Positions 35,115 through 42,149 of a DNA stretch of 64,000 nt are shown piece by piece (the first letter of the stretch is position 1; the number at the start of each line of letters is the position of its first letter). The position numbers were made by a program, and so were the translations under genes. The DNA lies in contig CALBHK010000018.1 in assembly GCA_937894565.1 (NCBI GenBank), forward strand, positions 2,717 to 66,716. The letters run 5' to 3'. This stretch comes from an uncultured Chlamydiae bacterium. GTDB lineage: Bacteria; Chlamydiota; Chlamydiia; Chlamydiales; CALBHK01. The notes beneath the pieces are model-generated. The model saw only the letters and a list, made by a program, of their open reading frames with translations. It ran no database searches and had not been told where the DNA came from.

Positions 35115-36392
35115 ATGGCAATTCTTCCTCCACAAATTAGACAAAGATATTTTTCAGCCTCTGGGCTTCCGCTATCTGGCGGCAAGCTGTACACCTATGA
35201 AGCTGGGACAACAACACCACAAATCACGTATACAGACGCAACCGAAACAAGTTCGAATACAAATCCTATTATTTTAGACGCAAACGGGGAGTGTGATTTG
35301 TGGATGGGTGGCGCTAAATCTTATAAAGTTAAATTAACCGATTCTGCCGACGTTGAACAATGGACGGTTGACAACGTTAATCAATCATCAATTACAAGCC
35401 TTGCGAGTGCTGACTATATTGAAAATCTTGGAATCACTTGCTCGGTAAGCTCTAACGCCTTAACGATTAATGTAAAAGCTGCCGACGGTTCAACCCCAAG
35501 TATAGGAAATGCTGTTAGGGTTGGCTTTAGATCAAGCTCACTATCAAACGGGCTTCCTTCTTTGGTAACAATTCAAAGCGCTTTGTCGATGACGGTTTCT
35601 AGCGGGTCAACGTTGGGACACACAAGCGGAGTTGATTTATACATATATGTTTACTTAATTAACAATGACGGCGTGGCAGAAATTGCGGTTTCCGGCACGT
35701 ATTACACTGAAGAGTCGGCAAAAAGCACGACGGCAGAGGGTGGTGCTGGCGGTGCTGACAGCGGATCAACAATTTACTCGGTCGCTGCTCGCACTAATAA
35801 GGCAATAAGATTAATTGGACGACTAACGTCAAACCAAGCGGCGGCTGGTACTTGGGCTGCGGCTCCTATTGAAATTCAAACGGGATTTTCTGCTGGGTCG
35901 TCTGTTATCAACACCTCACAAATTGCAAACTTAGCGATAACCACAGCAAAGCTCGACAATTTGTCTGTAACAACAGGAAAAATCGCAGATGGCGCTGTAA
36001 CAAGAGACAAGCTAGAGGCCTTGGGGCATCAAATTAGTTCTTCGAGCGGGTCATTTTCAACGACTTCAACATCGCAAGTCGATGTTACAAATCTTTCAGT
36101 AACGATTACAACCTCAGGACGACCAGTGGCGGTCGGCTTAATTTCTGGAAGTCAGATCGGGACAAACTATGTTGGGCCGTCCGGATCAAACGGCGGACTT
36201 GTTTATATAAAAAGAGATTCGACAGACATTAGCAGAAATGACTTTGACCCAAACACGCGGGTCGCGCCTGGAGTGATATTCATGCTCGATACGCCGTCCG
36301 CTGGAACTTACGTATACAAAGTGCAAGCTGTGTCGTCAGCAAGCACTAGCATGTACGTTTCTCATTGTAAGCTGTACGCTTACGAACTTTAA
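35115..36392 (+). CDS. tail fibre / receptor-binding protein, paralogue 2
   Basis: 425 aa. Shares the N-terminus with paralogue 1. The C-terminus carries IANLAITTAKLDNLSVTTGKIADGAVTRDKL fibre-type repeats. Confidence 0.65.
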   Translation: MAILPPQIRQRYFSASGLPLSGGKLYTYEAGTTTPQITYTDATETSSNTNPIILDANGECDLWMGGAKSYKVKLTDSADVEQWTVDNVNQSSITSLASADYIENLGITCSVSSNALTINVKAADGSTPSIGNAVRVGFRSSSLSNGLPSLVTIQSALSMTVSSGSTLGHTSGVDLYIYVYLINNDGVAEIAVSGTYYTEESAKSTTAEGGAGGADSGSTIYSVAARTNKAIRLIGRLTSNQAAAGTWAAAPIEIQTGFSAGSSVINTSQIANLAITTAKLDNLSVTTGKIADGAVTRDKLEALGHQISSSSGSFSTTSTSQVDVTNLSVTITTSGRPVAVGLISGSQIGTNYVGPSGSNGGLVYIKRDSTDISRNDFDPNTRVAPGVIFMLDTPSAGTYVYKVQAVSSASTSMYVSHCKLYAYEL

Positions 36393-36420
36393 AATCAAAA
36401 ACCAAAGGAGAAAAACAAAA

Positions 36421-36789
36421 ATGGAAATCTTAAACAAACTACAATCAATAAGCGAAAGCTTAGGAATAGGAAAAATACAAGTGGAAGAAGTAAAATCAGA
36501 AGTCGAAGTCTACGGCCAAGCAAAATTTGAAGAAGGAAAACTTGCAGGATTCGAAGAAGGCAAAAAAGCCGGATACGAAGAAGGTTTTCAAGCAGGTGTG
36601 GCCAGCGTTCCGGTTAGCCCCGTCGGTGAAGTACCTCCTCAAGGCGATAAAATTTATTCACAAGCTGAGCTTGATCAAAAGATCGCTGAGGAAAAAGCTG
36701 CTCAATTGGTTGATTTAGAGTTGAAACTTGAATCAGCTTTGCAACAAGAGGCGATCGATTTAAAGACCGCACTTTTCCCGAAGGTTTAA
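36421..36789 (+). CDS. hypothetical protein (fibre-associated?)
   Basis: 122 aa. (F/Y)EEGKxAG triplicated motif. AAGGAG upstream. Confidence 0.45.
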   Translation: MEILNKLQSISESLGIGKIQVEEVKSEVEVYGQAKFEEGKLAGFEEGKKAGYEEGFQAGVASVPVSPVGEVPPQGDKIYSQAELDQKIAEEKAAQLVDLELKLESALQQEAIDLKTALFPKV

Positions 36790-36791
36790 TC

Positions 36792-36995
36792 ATGGAAGCA
36801 AAAGAAATTGTTTTAAAACATGCTCAAGCATGCGCGAAAGAATTAGCAAAAGAAATCTATTTGCCAAAGATTAGAAAAGTCGTGGCAGATAGTCCGAATC
36901 CTTATGACGACGTTGTGTTGGGCGCTCTAGAGCCACTTATCGCAGACGCACTAGAAAAGGATTTTGTTGCAAAGCTTGCTCCGAAGGTTGGATGA
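36792..36995 (+). CDS. hypothetical protein
   Basis: 67-aa ORF at the start of the lysis block. Confidence 0.45.
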   Translation: MEAKEIVLKHAQACAKELAKEIYLPKIRKVVADSPNPYDDVVLGALEPLIADALEKDFVAKLAPKVG

Positions 36996-37241
36996 ATGGA
37001 ATCATTTTTTACAGCGATCAAAGCACTAGGAGCTGCGGCAATTTCGCAAATGTCTGGCCCGAAAGCTTGGCTTGCTTCAATCGTGTTTAAGGTTGTGATT
37101 TTCGTTTTAGATTATTTCAAAGTTAAGCACGAATTAAAAAAGCAATTTGAAGAAAAGTTGAATGCGTATGAAGCCGACAAAGCTAATGCGCTTTTAACGG
37201 AAAAAGAAAAAGATGAAAGTCTTGATCGTTTTCTTAAGTAG
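36996..37241 (+). CDS. holin candidate
   Basis: 81 aa. Hydrophobic AWLASIVFKVVIFVLDYF plus a highly charged C-terminus. Just upstream of the lysins. Confidence 0.45.
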   Translation: MESFFTAIKALGAAAISQMSGPKAWLASIVFKVVIFVLDYFKVKHELKKQFEEKLNAYEADKANALLTEKEKDESLDRFLK

Positions 37242-37479
37242 CATTTTATTTGCTTGCGACGGGACGCGAGTCCCGATCGTTGTTATTGATTCGAAAGCGG
37301 GAATCATTAAAAACCGCACAGTAACCGGAGTTAATGAAAAGACGGGTGAGTTCGTACTTGAGCAGCGACCTAATTTAATTTTGTCGGCTGAAACTATCGA
37401 CGGGCTCATCTGCACCACTCCAGGCGCTTACAACTGGGGAAATATGAAGTTCAAATATTGGTGGTTAAATGTTCGCTAA
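37213..37479 (+). CDS. lipoprotein, spanin candidate
   Basis: 88 aa. MKVLIVFLSSILFAC is a signal peptide plus lipobox-like Cys. In the lysis cassette. Confidence 0.45.
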   Translation: MKVLIVFLSSILFACDGTRVPIVVIDSKAGIIKNRTVTGVNEKTGEFVLEQRPNLILSAETIDGLICTTPGAYNWGNMKFKYWWLNVR

Positions 37480-38038
37480 ACTTAGAGACATTTTTTTGTG
37501 GCTAGTGACTCCGATTCAAAAGCTTTTGCAAAGGCTATCGAGACCAGAGCCAGAAATGACTAGAGATCAAGTTAGCGCTATTTTAAAACGCTATCGCAAG
37601 GGCGATCTTCTTGTGAGCTACGAAGGCGGTCGATTAACCTCTCCTTTTATTCCTGGCGACTGGGATCATCTTGCTGTGATAAATAACGAAAAAAAAGTCA
37701 TTGAGGCAATAGCGCCTAAAGTTAGGGCTCAAGATTTAGAGGAATGGTTATTTAAGAAAAAAGGTGTTGCGCTTGTCAGATACACCGGGAACAAGCTTGT
37801 AAATTATCAGGCGTCTATTTTTGTTAATAAGTTTATCGGATGGCCCTATGATTATCTGTTTAAGTTTGGAAACAAAAAGGCTTATTGCTCTGAAATTGGG
37901 TTTTTATCATATCACGAATTTGATGACTCGTTCATGAGTCACGTTTTGAAGAATAAAGAAATTACGCCGCAAGATTTTTACGACGCCGCTTTTAAAGAAA
38001 TCAGCAATTTAAAAATAGTTTACGAGGTTAGAAATTGA
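37469..38038 (+). CDS. permuted papain-fold (YiiX/C92-like NlpC/P60) cell-wall amidase candidate
   Basis: 189 aa. GDLLVSY...GDWDHLAVI...IEAI...AYCSEIGF reproduces the His-before-Cys order of the permuted family. Confidence 0.55.
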   Translation: MFAKLRDIFLWLVTPIQKLLQRLSRPEPEMTRDQVSAILKRYRKGDLLVSYEGGRLTSPFIPGDWDHLAVINNEKKVIEAIAPKVRAQDLEEWLFKKKGVALVRYTGNKLVNYQASIFVNKFIGWPYDYLFKFGNKKAYCSEIGFLSYHEFDDSFMSHVLKNKEITPQDFYDAAFKEISNLKIVYEVRN

Positions 38039-38595
38039 GAAAGCTAGAGCCTGACTTAATTAATGCAATGCGCACATCTTTGGCAGACTCAGAGGACTAT
38101 CAATTTGCGAAGAAAAACGGGCTCTGGCGGCCTGCAATCACTCACGCTGCTGCGCCTTGGGTTGGCGTGAAAGAATTGAACAATGATAATCGTGGTGAGT
38201 TTATTGATATGATTGGACTAACTGTCGATCGCAAACACAAGGGCGAGGCCTATTGCATGGCTTGGGTGCAAACAATCCTAGCGTTTGTAGAATTAGAATT
38301 AAATTTAATTTCGCCTTTAAAATCGACCGAAGGTTGTCTTGATCTTTGGAATTCGACTGCGCCTTATTTAAAAACGACTCGTTATCCGGTGCCGGGGTAT
38401 ATCGCTATTTGGCAACATGGAAATAGCGTTAACGGTCACGCAGGCATCGTGCTCCGTGTTTTTGATTCTTATTTTAAAACCATAGAGGCCAATTCATTCG
38501 GGCCAGACGGCAAGGCACAAGGGATATTCACACAAGAGCGCTTATTTAACGACGGCGGCAAGATGCGCCTTTTAGGTTTTGCAAGTCCCTTTTAA
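38035..38595 (+). CDS. CHAP-domain peptidoglycan hydrolase (endolysin)
   Basis: 186 aa. Cys motif GEAYCMAWVQ and His motif NGHAGIVL. Last gene of the rightward operon. Confidence 0.6.
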   Translation: MRKLEPDLINAMRTSLADSEDYQFAKKNGLWRPAITHAAAPWVGVKELNNDNRGEFIDMIGLTVDRKHKGEAYCMAWVQTILAFVELELNLISPLKSTEGCLDLWNSTAPYLKTTRYPVPGYIAIWQHGNSVNGHAGIVLRVFDSYFKTIEANSFGPDGKAQGIFTQERLFNDGGKMRLLGFASPF

Positions 38596-38661
38596 GTCTT
38601 TCAGATAGAAGCCAAACAATATATTCATCGTAATTTATAGTTTTTAAAATCTTTTTCTTTT

Positions 38662-39090
38662 TCATGTCTTCATTTCCTCGGCTGAAATTGTTATATCTAT
38701 ATAGCTCTCATCATTGTCACTTATTTTCTTACAGCAATATCCAGAAATAAAATGAGAGTCGTCAACGCCAATCGCATCCGAAAGACAATCATGCACAAGT
38801 TTAATTCTATTGCTCCAATCAATGCGTTTCAAAGTATTCTTTTTCGTAATCAGTTTAGATTTAGGGAAATAGAACGCGCAATCGACTCGTAAGGTTTTAC
38901 CCCTCAGTATCGACCTTATTTTATCAAGAGCGCTTCTGTTTTCTAAAGCCCAGTGCATAACTTGAGTCGTGTACCTTCTGCCCTCGCTTGATTTAATTAA
39001 ACGGCCCCTGACAGAAGCGTATAATTGATTCGAGCTTATAGACATAGGCCAGCGTTTAAAAGTTACAGAGTCCGGCTTAATCTCGATCAC
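38662..39090 (-). CDS. rusA: RusA-family Holliday junction resolvase (paralogue 1)
   Basis: 142 aa. SISSNQLY...GRRYT...RIDWSNRIKLVHDCLSDAIGVDDSHF matches the RusA D..N..K...D.L....DD core. Confidence 0.65.
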   Translation of the reverse strand: MIEIKPDSVTFKRWPMSISSNQLYASVRGRLIKSSEGRRYTTQVMHWALENRSALDKIRSILRGKTLRVDCAFYFPKSKLITKKNTLKRIDWSNRIKLVHDCLSDAIGVDDSHFISGYCCKKISDNDESYIDITISAEEMKT

Positions 39091-39284
39091 TAAATGCTCT
39101 TGATCATCGCCGCAGCATAGGCTGCCTGTGTTTCTGCACTACACTCTAAAAGCGATTCTGCAAACAGATCCGCAGCGTGTCTTAGTGTTGGCGCGTCTAG
39201 TTTAATCTTAGCAGATTGTTTTTTTGAGAATCTGCTAATTAATTCATTCTGTGCTTTCTTTGGAACAGTTACTTTTTTAGCCAT
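39090..39284 (-). CDS. hypothetical protein
   Basis: 64-aa ORF. Its stop overlaps the RusA start. Confidence 0.45.
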   Translation of the reverse strand: MAKKVTVPKKAQNELISRFSKKQSAKIKLDAPTLRHAADLFAESLLECSAETQAAYAAAMIKSI

Positions 39285-39309
39285 AAAATGGTCCTTTCGT
39301 GTTTTGGGA

Positions 39310-39510
39310 TTATTCCCATCCTTTTTTTTTAATAAATTTCAAGTAGGCCGAATGGCCTTCGTCTGGTTCGTTTGAACGTCTTGTCATGCTTATGATTCTG
39401 TCGGCTTCTTCTTTTGAATCAAAAACAACAGTTGGGCCATTTGGTAAAAAGCGTTTCCCGTTGTGGCCATAAGTTAAAAACCAATAATCTTTTTTCTCAG
39501 GCGTTTTCAT
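39310..39510 (-). CDS. hypothetical protein
   Basis: 66-aa ORF immediately downstream of the Gly-rich ORF. Confidence 0.45.
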   Translation of the reverse strand: MKTPEKKDYWFLTYGHNGKRFLPNGPTVVFDSKEEADRIISMTRRSNEPDEGHSAYLKFIKKKGWE

Positions 39511-39729
39511 TTAATCCTCTAAAACTTTAGAGCCAGAGCCATCGCCATCGCCATAGCCATAGCCATCGCCAGAGCCAGAGCCAGAGCCATAGCCATAGCC
39601 AGAGCCATCGCCATCGCCATAGCCATCGCCAGAGCCATAGCCATCGCCAGAGCCAGATCCATAGCCAGATCCATCGCCAGAGCCAGAGCCAGAGCCCGCA
39701 AACAAATTAATCTTCAATAAATTTTTCAT
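39511..39729 (-). CDS. Gly-(Ser/Asp/Tyr) dipeptide-repeat peptide (72 aa)
   Basis: MKNLLKINLFAGSGSGSGDGSGYGSGSGDGYGSGDGYGDGDGSGYGYGSGSGSGDGYGYGDGDGSGSKVLED. 80-nt perfect identity to 2228-2307. Confidence 0.5.
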   Translation of the reverse strand: MKNLLKINLFAGSGSGSGDGSGYGSGSGDGYGSGDGYGDGDGSGYGYGSGSGSGDGYGYGDGDGSGSKVLED

Positions 39730-40138
39730 AACTTTCCCAGGCTTCGTCTGTTACAGGTATAAATTCAATAACTCCTGTTAAATAAATGTCTCCTGTTTCA
39801 TTTAGTCTTCCATTTTTTATTCCGTTATTTGCCACAGCAGATAGAGACAGGCCACCTCCAGACCATTTCCATAGCCTTATTGAGTCTTTTAAATAAACCT
39901 CTGTTGATGTTTCTTCATTTATTTGAGCAACCGTTCCAATGTGTACACCAGCGGAATGGCATCTAAGCAGACATCTTTTGCCAATCATAGGATGTGTTTT
40001 TTCTTTTTCTGATTTATTTTCAAATAAATTTTGAATTTTTTTTATCTGACCAAAAGTTAAGTTATCAATGTCCACGACCATCTCCTTGGCATGATTCATA
40101 ATATAAATGCGTGTATTCGCTTGGATAATCTCCGTCAT
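39707..40138 (-). CDS. conserved phage protein with RLWKWSGG motif (homologue of 2320..2766)
   Basis: 143 aa. LLRCHSAGVHIGTV...SIRLWKWSGGGLSLSAVA. The start is uncertain because of overlap with 40065..40259. Confidence 0.6.
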   Translation of the reverse strand: MTEIIQANTRIYIMNHAKEMVVDIDNLTFGQIKKIQNLFENKSEKEKTHPMIGKRCLLRCHSAGVHIGTVAQINEETSTEVYLKDSIRLWKWSGGGLSLSAVANNGIKNGRLNETGDIYLTGVIEFIPVTDEAWESYEKFIED

Positions 40139-40259
40139 TTAAGTATTTAAATGCGGCCATCGTTACACTTACCATCATCACAACAAACACAGTAATTACA
40201 ATAAAACCGACGATCATTCTTAGGTCTCTTTTTTCTTCGTAATCTGTATCGATATTCAT
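40065..40259 (-). CDS. small membrane protein
   Basis: 64 aa. MIVGFIVITVFVVMMVSVTMAAF is a TM helix. The 3' part overlaps the next gene. Confidence 0.35.
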   Translation of the reverse strand: MNIDTDYEEKRDLRMIVGFIVITVFVVMMVSVTMAAFKYLNDGDYPSEYTHLYYESCQGDGRGH

Positions 40260-40300
40260 TTCACTCTCCAGTTAAGCCGGATTGCTCCGGCTTCTATTAA

Positions 40301-40729
40301 TTACTGAACTTGCACGCAGCGGTAGTCAACAAATACATTCGGTATGCTTGCTGTTGCGTAATGTTGTTCGATGCTGTTTTCAATCATTTCGCCAGCAGCT
40401 ACACATCCAGCGTTCGATTGGAAGTTAGGTATAGAAAACTTATGGACATTTCTTGCTGAGTTATTGCGACCGTCCCAGTATTGAGAAACCAGCGTGTAGC
40501 TCACTCCACTTGAAACGCTTGGCGCGGTTACACAGAAAGCATGCGTGTTAGAGTTAATAACCGTTGTTGTTGGTGTTAGATCAACGATTAAATTTTCAAC
40601 GCTTGCTGCTGCGTTAGCGCATGCTGTTGCGTTTGTGTATTTTGCTACTACTGCTGCGTCGAATCCTTTGTAACCAACATTTGCTTGGCTTGTCATGATT
40701 GCTGCTATTAAGTAATAAACTGTGCTCAT
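40301..40729 (-). CDS. hypothetical protein
   Basis: 142 aa. GGAG upstream. Four Cys residues, Ala/Val/Asn-rich. Confidence 0.5.
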   Translation of the reverse strand: MSTVYYLIAAIMTSQANVGYKGFDAAVVAKYTNATACANAAASVENLIVDLTPTTTVINSNTHAFCVTAPSVSSGVSYTLVSQYWDGRNNSARNVHKFSIPNFQSNAGCVAAGEMIENSIEQHYATASIPNVFVDYRCVQVQ

Positions 40730-40740
40730 TGTTGCTCCTA

Positions 40741-40887
40741 TTAACGTGATTTATTAAATACGTGCTTCATCCTTCTTTGCTGCTTATAAAAGTTTTCATC
40801 TTTTATTCTGTGTGCCTGCATTGCGGCTTCTAATACATCAAATCCATTTCTTAGCCAAAAGCGATATCTTTTAACAAAATTACTCAT
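40741..40887 (-). CDS. small basic protein (48 aa)
   Basis: Below track cutoff: MSNFVKRYRFWLRNGFDVLEAAMQAHRIKDENFYKQQRRMKHVFNKSR. Overlaps the upstream stop by 8 nt. Confidence 0.45.
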   Translation of the reverse strand: MSNFVKRYRFWLRNGFDVLEAAMQAHRIKDENFYKQQRRMKHVFNKSR

Positions 40888-41659
40888 TCCAAAATCCACT
40901 AATTAAATTCATAGGCTTTTCTCTAGCTTTCACTATTGCATGAGTGCTCCATTCTGGTATTTTTATTTTTAAACCAGCAAATATTCCAAATTCAACACCA
41001 GCCTTAATGCCCTCTCCAGCCTCAATGCCCCATCCAGCCTCAATGCCCTCTCCGGCCTTAATGCCCCATCCGGCCTTAATGCCCTCTCCTCCGGCCTTAA
41101 TGCCCCATCTGGCCTCAATGCCATCTCCAGCCTCAATGCCATCTCCAGCCTCAATGCCCCATCCAGCCTTAATGCCATCTCCGGCCTTAATGCCCCATCC
41201 GGCCTTAATGCCATCTCCGGCCTTAATGCCCCATCCGGCCTTAATGCCATCTCCAGCCTCAATGCCCCATCTGGCCTCAATGCCATCTCCAGCCTCAATG
41301 CCCAATCCGGCCTCAATGCCCAATCCGGCCTTAATGCCATCTCCAGCCTCAATGCCACATCCGGCCTTAATGCTGCCCCCAGCTATTAAGAATCCTTCTA
41401 TTTTTATATTTTTTCTTACTTTGATAGATCCAGCAAAAAAGAAGGATTTATTCCCGATAATTTCATCTAATTCAATTGCATCGTAATTTTTGCCAACTTT
41501 ACTAATAAGCCATTTCGCAAATGCAACTTCATTTTCTTCTGCTAGTGCGTTTAAAACATCTTGATGTTCAGCCTCGCCTGACGTGAATTGTTTATTGAAA
41601 AAATCAACATATTCACTGCTCGCTTGCCATGCAATTAAGTTTTCTTTTGTTATTTTCAT
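40880..41659 (-). CDS. hexapeptide-repeat (G-I-E/K-A-G-x) protein, predicted beta-helix
   Basis: 259 aa. ~100-aa non-repetitive N-domain, then about 21 consecutive GI(E/K)AGx units. Confidence 0.6.
   Translation of the reverse strand: MKITKENLIAWQASSEYVDFFNKQFTSGEAEHQDVLNALAEENEVAFAKWLISKVGKNYDAIELDEIIGNKSFFFAGSIKVRKNIKIEGFLIAGGSIKAGCGIEAGDGIKAGLGIEAGLGIEAGDGIEARWGIEAGDGIKAGWGIKAGDGIKAGWGIKAGDGIKAGWGIEAGDGIEAGDGIEARWGIKAGGEGIKAGWGIKAGEGIEAGWGIEAGEGIKAGVEFGIFAGLKIKIPEWSTHAIVKAREKPMNLISGFWNE
40998..41380 (-). repeat. ~21 x 18-nt in-frame tandem repeat (often as 36-nt GDGIKAGWGIKA double units)
   Basis: Units such as AGCCTCAATGCCATCTCC and GGCCTTAATGCCCCATCC alternate. One unit carries a 3-nt insertion. 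Boundaries are approximate. Confidence 0.85.
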
Positions 41660-41976
41660 CTTCTTGCGTCTCGCTTTAAGTAGTTAGCCGGATCATCAGC
41701 ATCGGTATTGCTTTTTTGGTACTCGTTTTCTTTTTCGCACAAAATTTCAAGCTGGTTTTCTGTGTCTCTTTCAAGGATTGCGAATAGCTTTGGAAATGTT
41801 TCGTCGATCTGGCACGCGATTGATATCAGGTCTATTGGCGCGTACTCATCAACCATAAGGTTAAATAGCTGCGGCATTTCTTCGCGCAATCTGATAGCCA
41901 CTAACTCAAGGCGTTTGTTGTTGATTTCTTGAAATTCGAGGTATTCGTACTGAGATTCGTCTAGCATTTGATTCAC
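41656..41976 (-). CDS. acidic hypothetical protein, first gene of leftward operon
   Basis: 106 aa from GTG 41976. ATG 41967 with GGGTGA upstream is an alternative start. No HTH visible. Confidence 0.5.
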   Translation of the reverse strand: MNQMLDESQYEYLEFQEINNKRLELVAIRLREEMPQLFNLMVDEYAPIDLISIACQIDETFPKLFAILERDTENQLEILCEKENEYQKSNTDADDPANYLKRDARR

Positions 41977-41999
41977 CCATTAACTAAGTTGTCAGGTGA

Positions 42000-42028
42000 A
42001 TAATACCAGTAGGTATTTATATTGTCAA
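42000..42028 (-). promoter_or_regulatory. leftward sigma70-type promoter TTGACA-N17-TATTAT
   Basis: On the minus strand, -35 is at 42028-42023 and -10 at 42005-42000. The -35 is embedded in the palindrome AGGTATTGACAATATAAATACCT. Confidence 0.6.
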
Positions 42029-42113
42029 TACCTTTATGTATTCTTTTTTTTTCTGATCAAGATTATCCATATCAATCAATTATGTGTTTATGGAACCTCT
42101 AAACCCAAAGGTA

Positions 42114-42142
42114 TTGACATCAACGATACCTTAATGTATTCT
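42114..42142 (+). promoter_or_regulatory. rightward sigma70-type promoter TTGACA-N17-TATTCT
   Basis: The -35 is embedded in the palindrome AGGTATTGACATCAACGATACCT. ATG 42150 lies 8 nt after the -10, so the mRNA is near-leaderless. Confidence 0.55.
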
Positions 42143-42149
42143 TCTTGCT

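Larger units (their letters stand above)
1..38600. mobile_element. Phage/prophage genome A (partial): leftward early/recombination operon, repressor switch, rightward P22-like packaging-head-ejection-fibre-lysis operon
   Basis: All ORFs are phage-like. One set of terminase, portal, scaffold, P22-type coat, fibres and lysins. No host genes. Left end runs off the window. Confidence 0.8.

Noticed and set aside
39519-39701. Track ORF - strand, 60 aa, MRALALALAMDLAMDLAL...
   Set aside because: It is an alternative frame of the same hexanucleotide repeat. The Gly-rich frame has a proper start, overlaps the upstream stop, and has a homologue in region A.
40998-41380. Possible CRISPR array (regular short repeats), considered here and at 6149-6328
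   Set aside because: The units are contiguous with no spacers, are multiples of 3 nt, and lie in frame inside long ORFs. No cas genes or leader are present.
40944-41486. Track ORFs 40944..41486 (+) and 40969..41358 (-) with PASMPSPALMPH / ALRPDGALRLEM repeats
   Set aside because: They are off-frame or antisense readings of the 18-nt tandem array inside 40880..41659.
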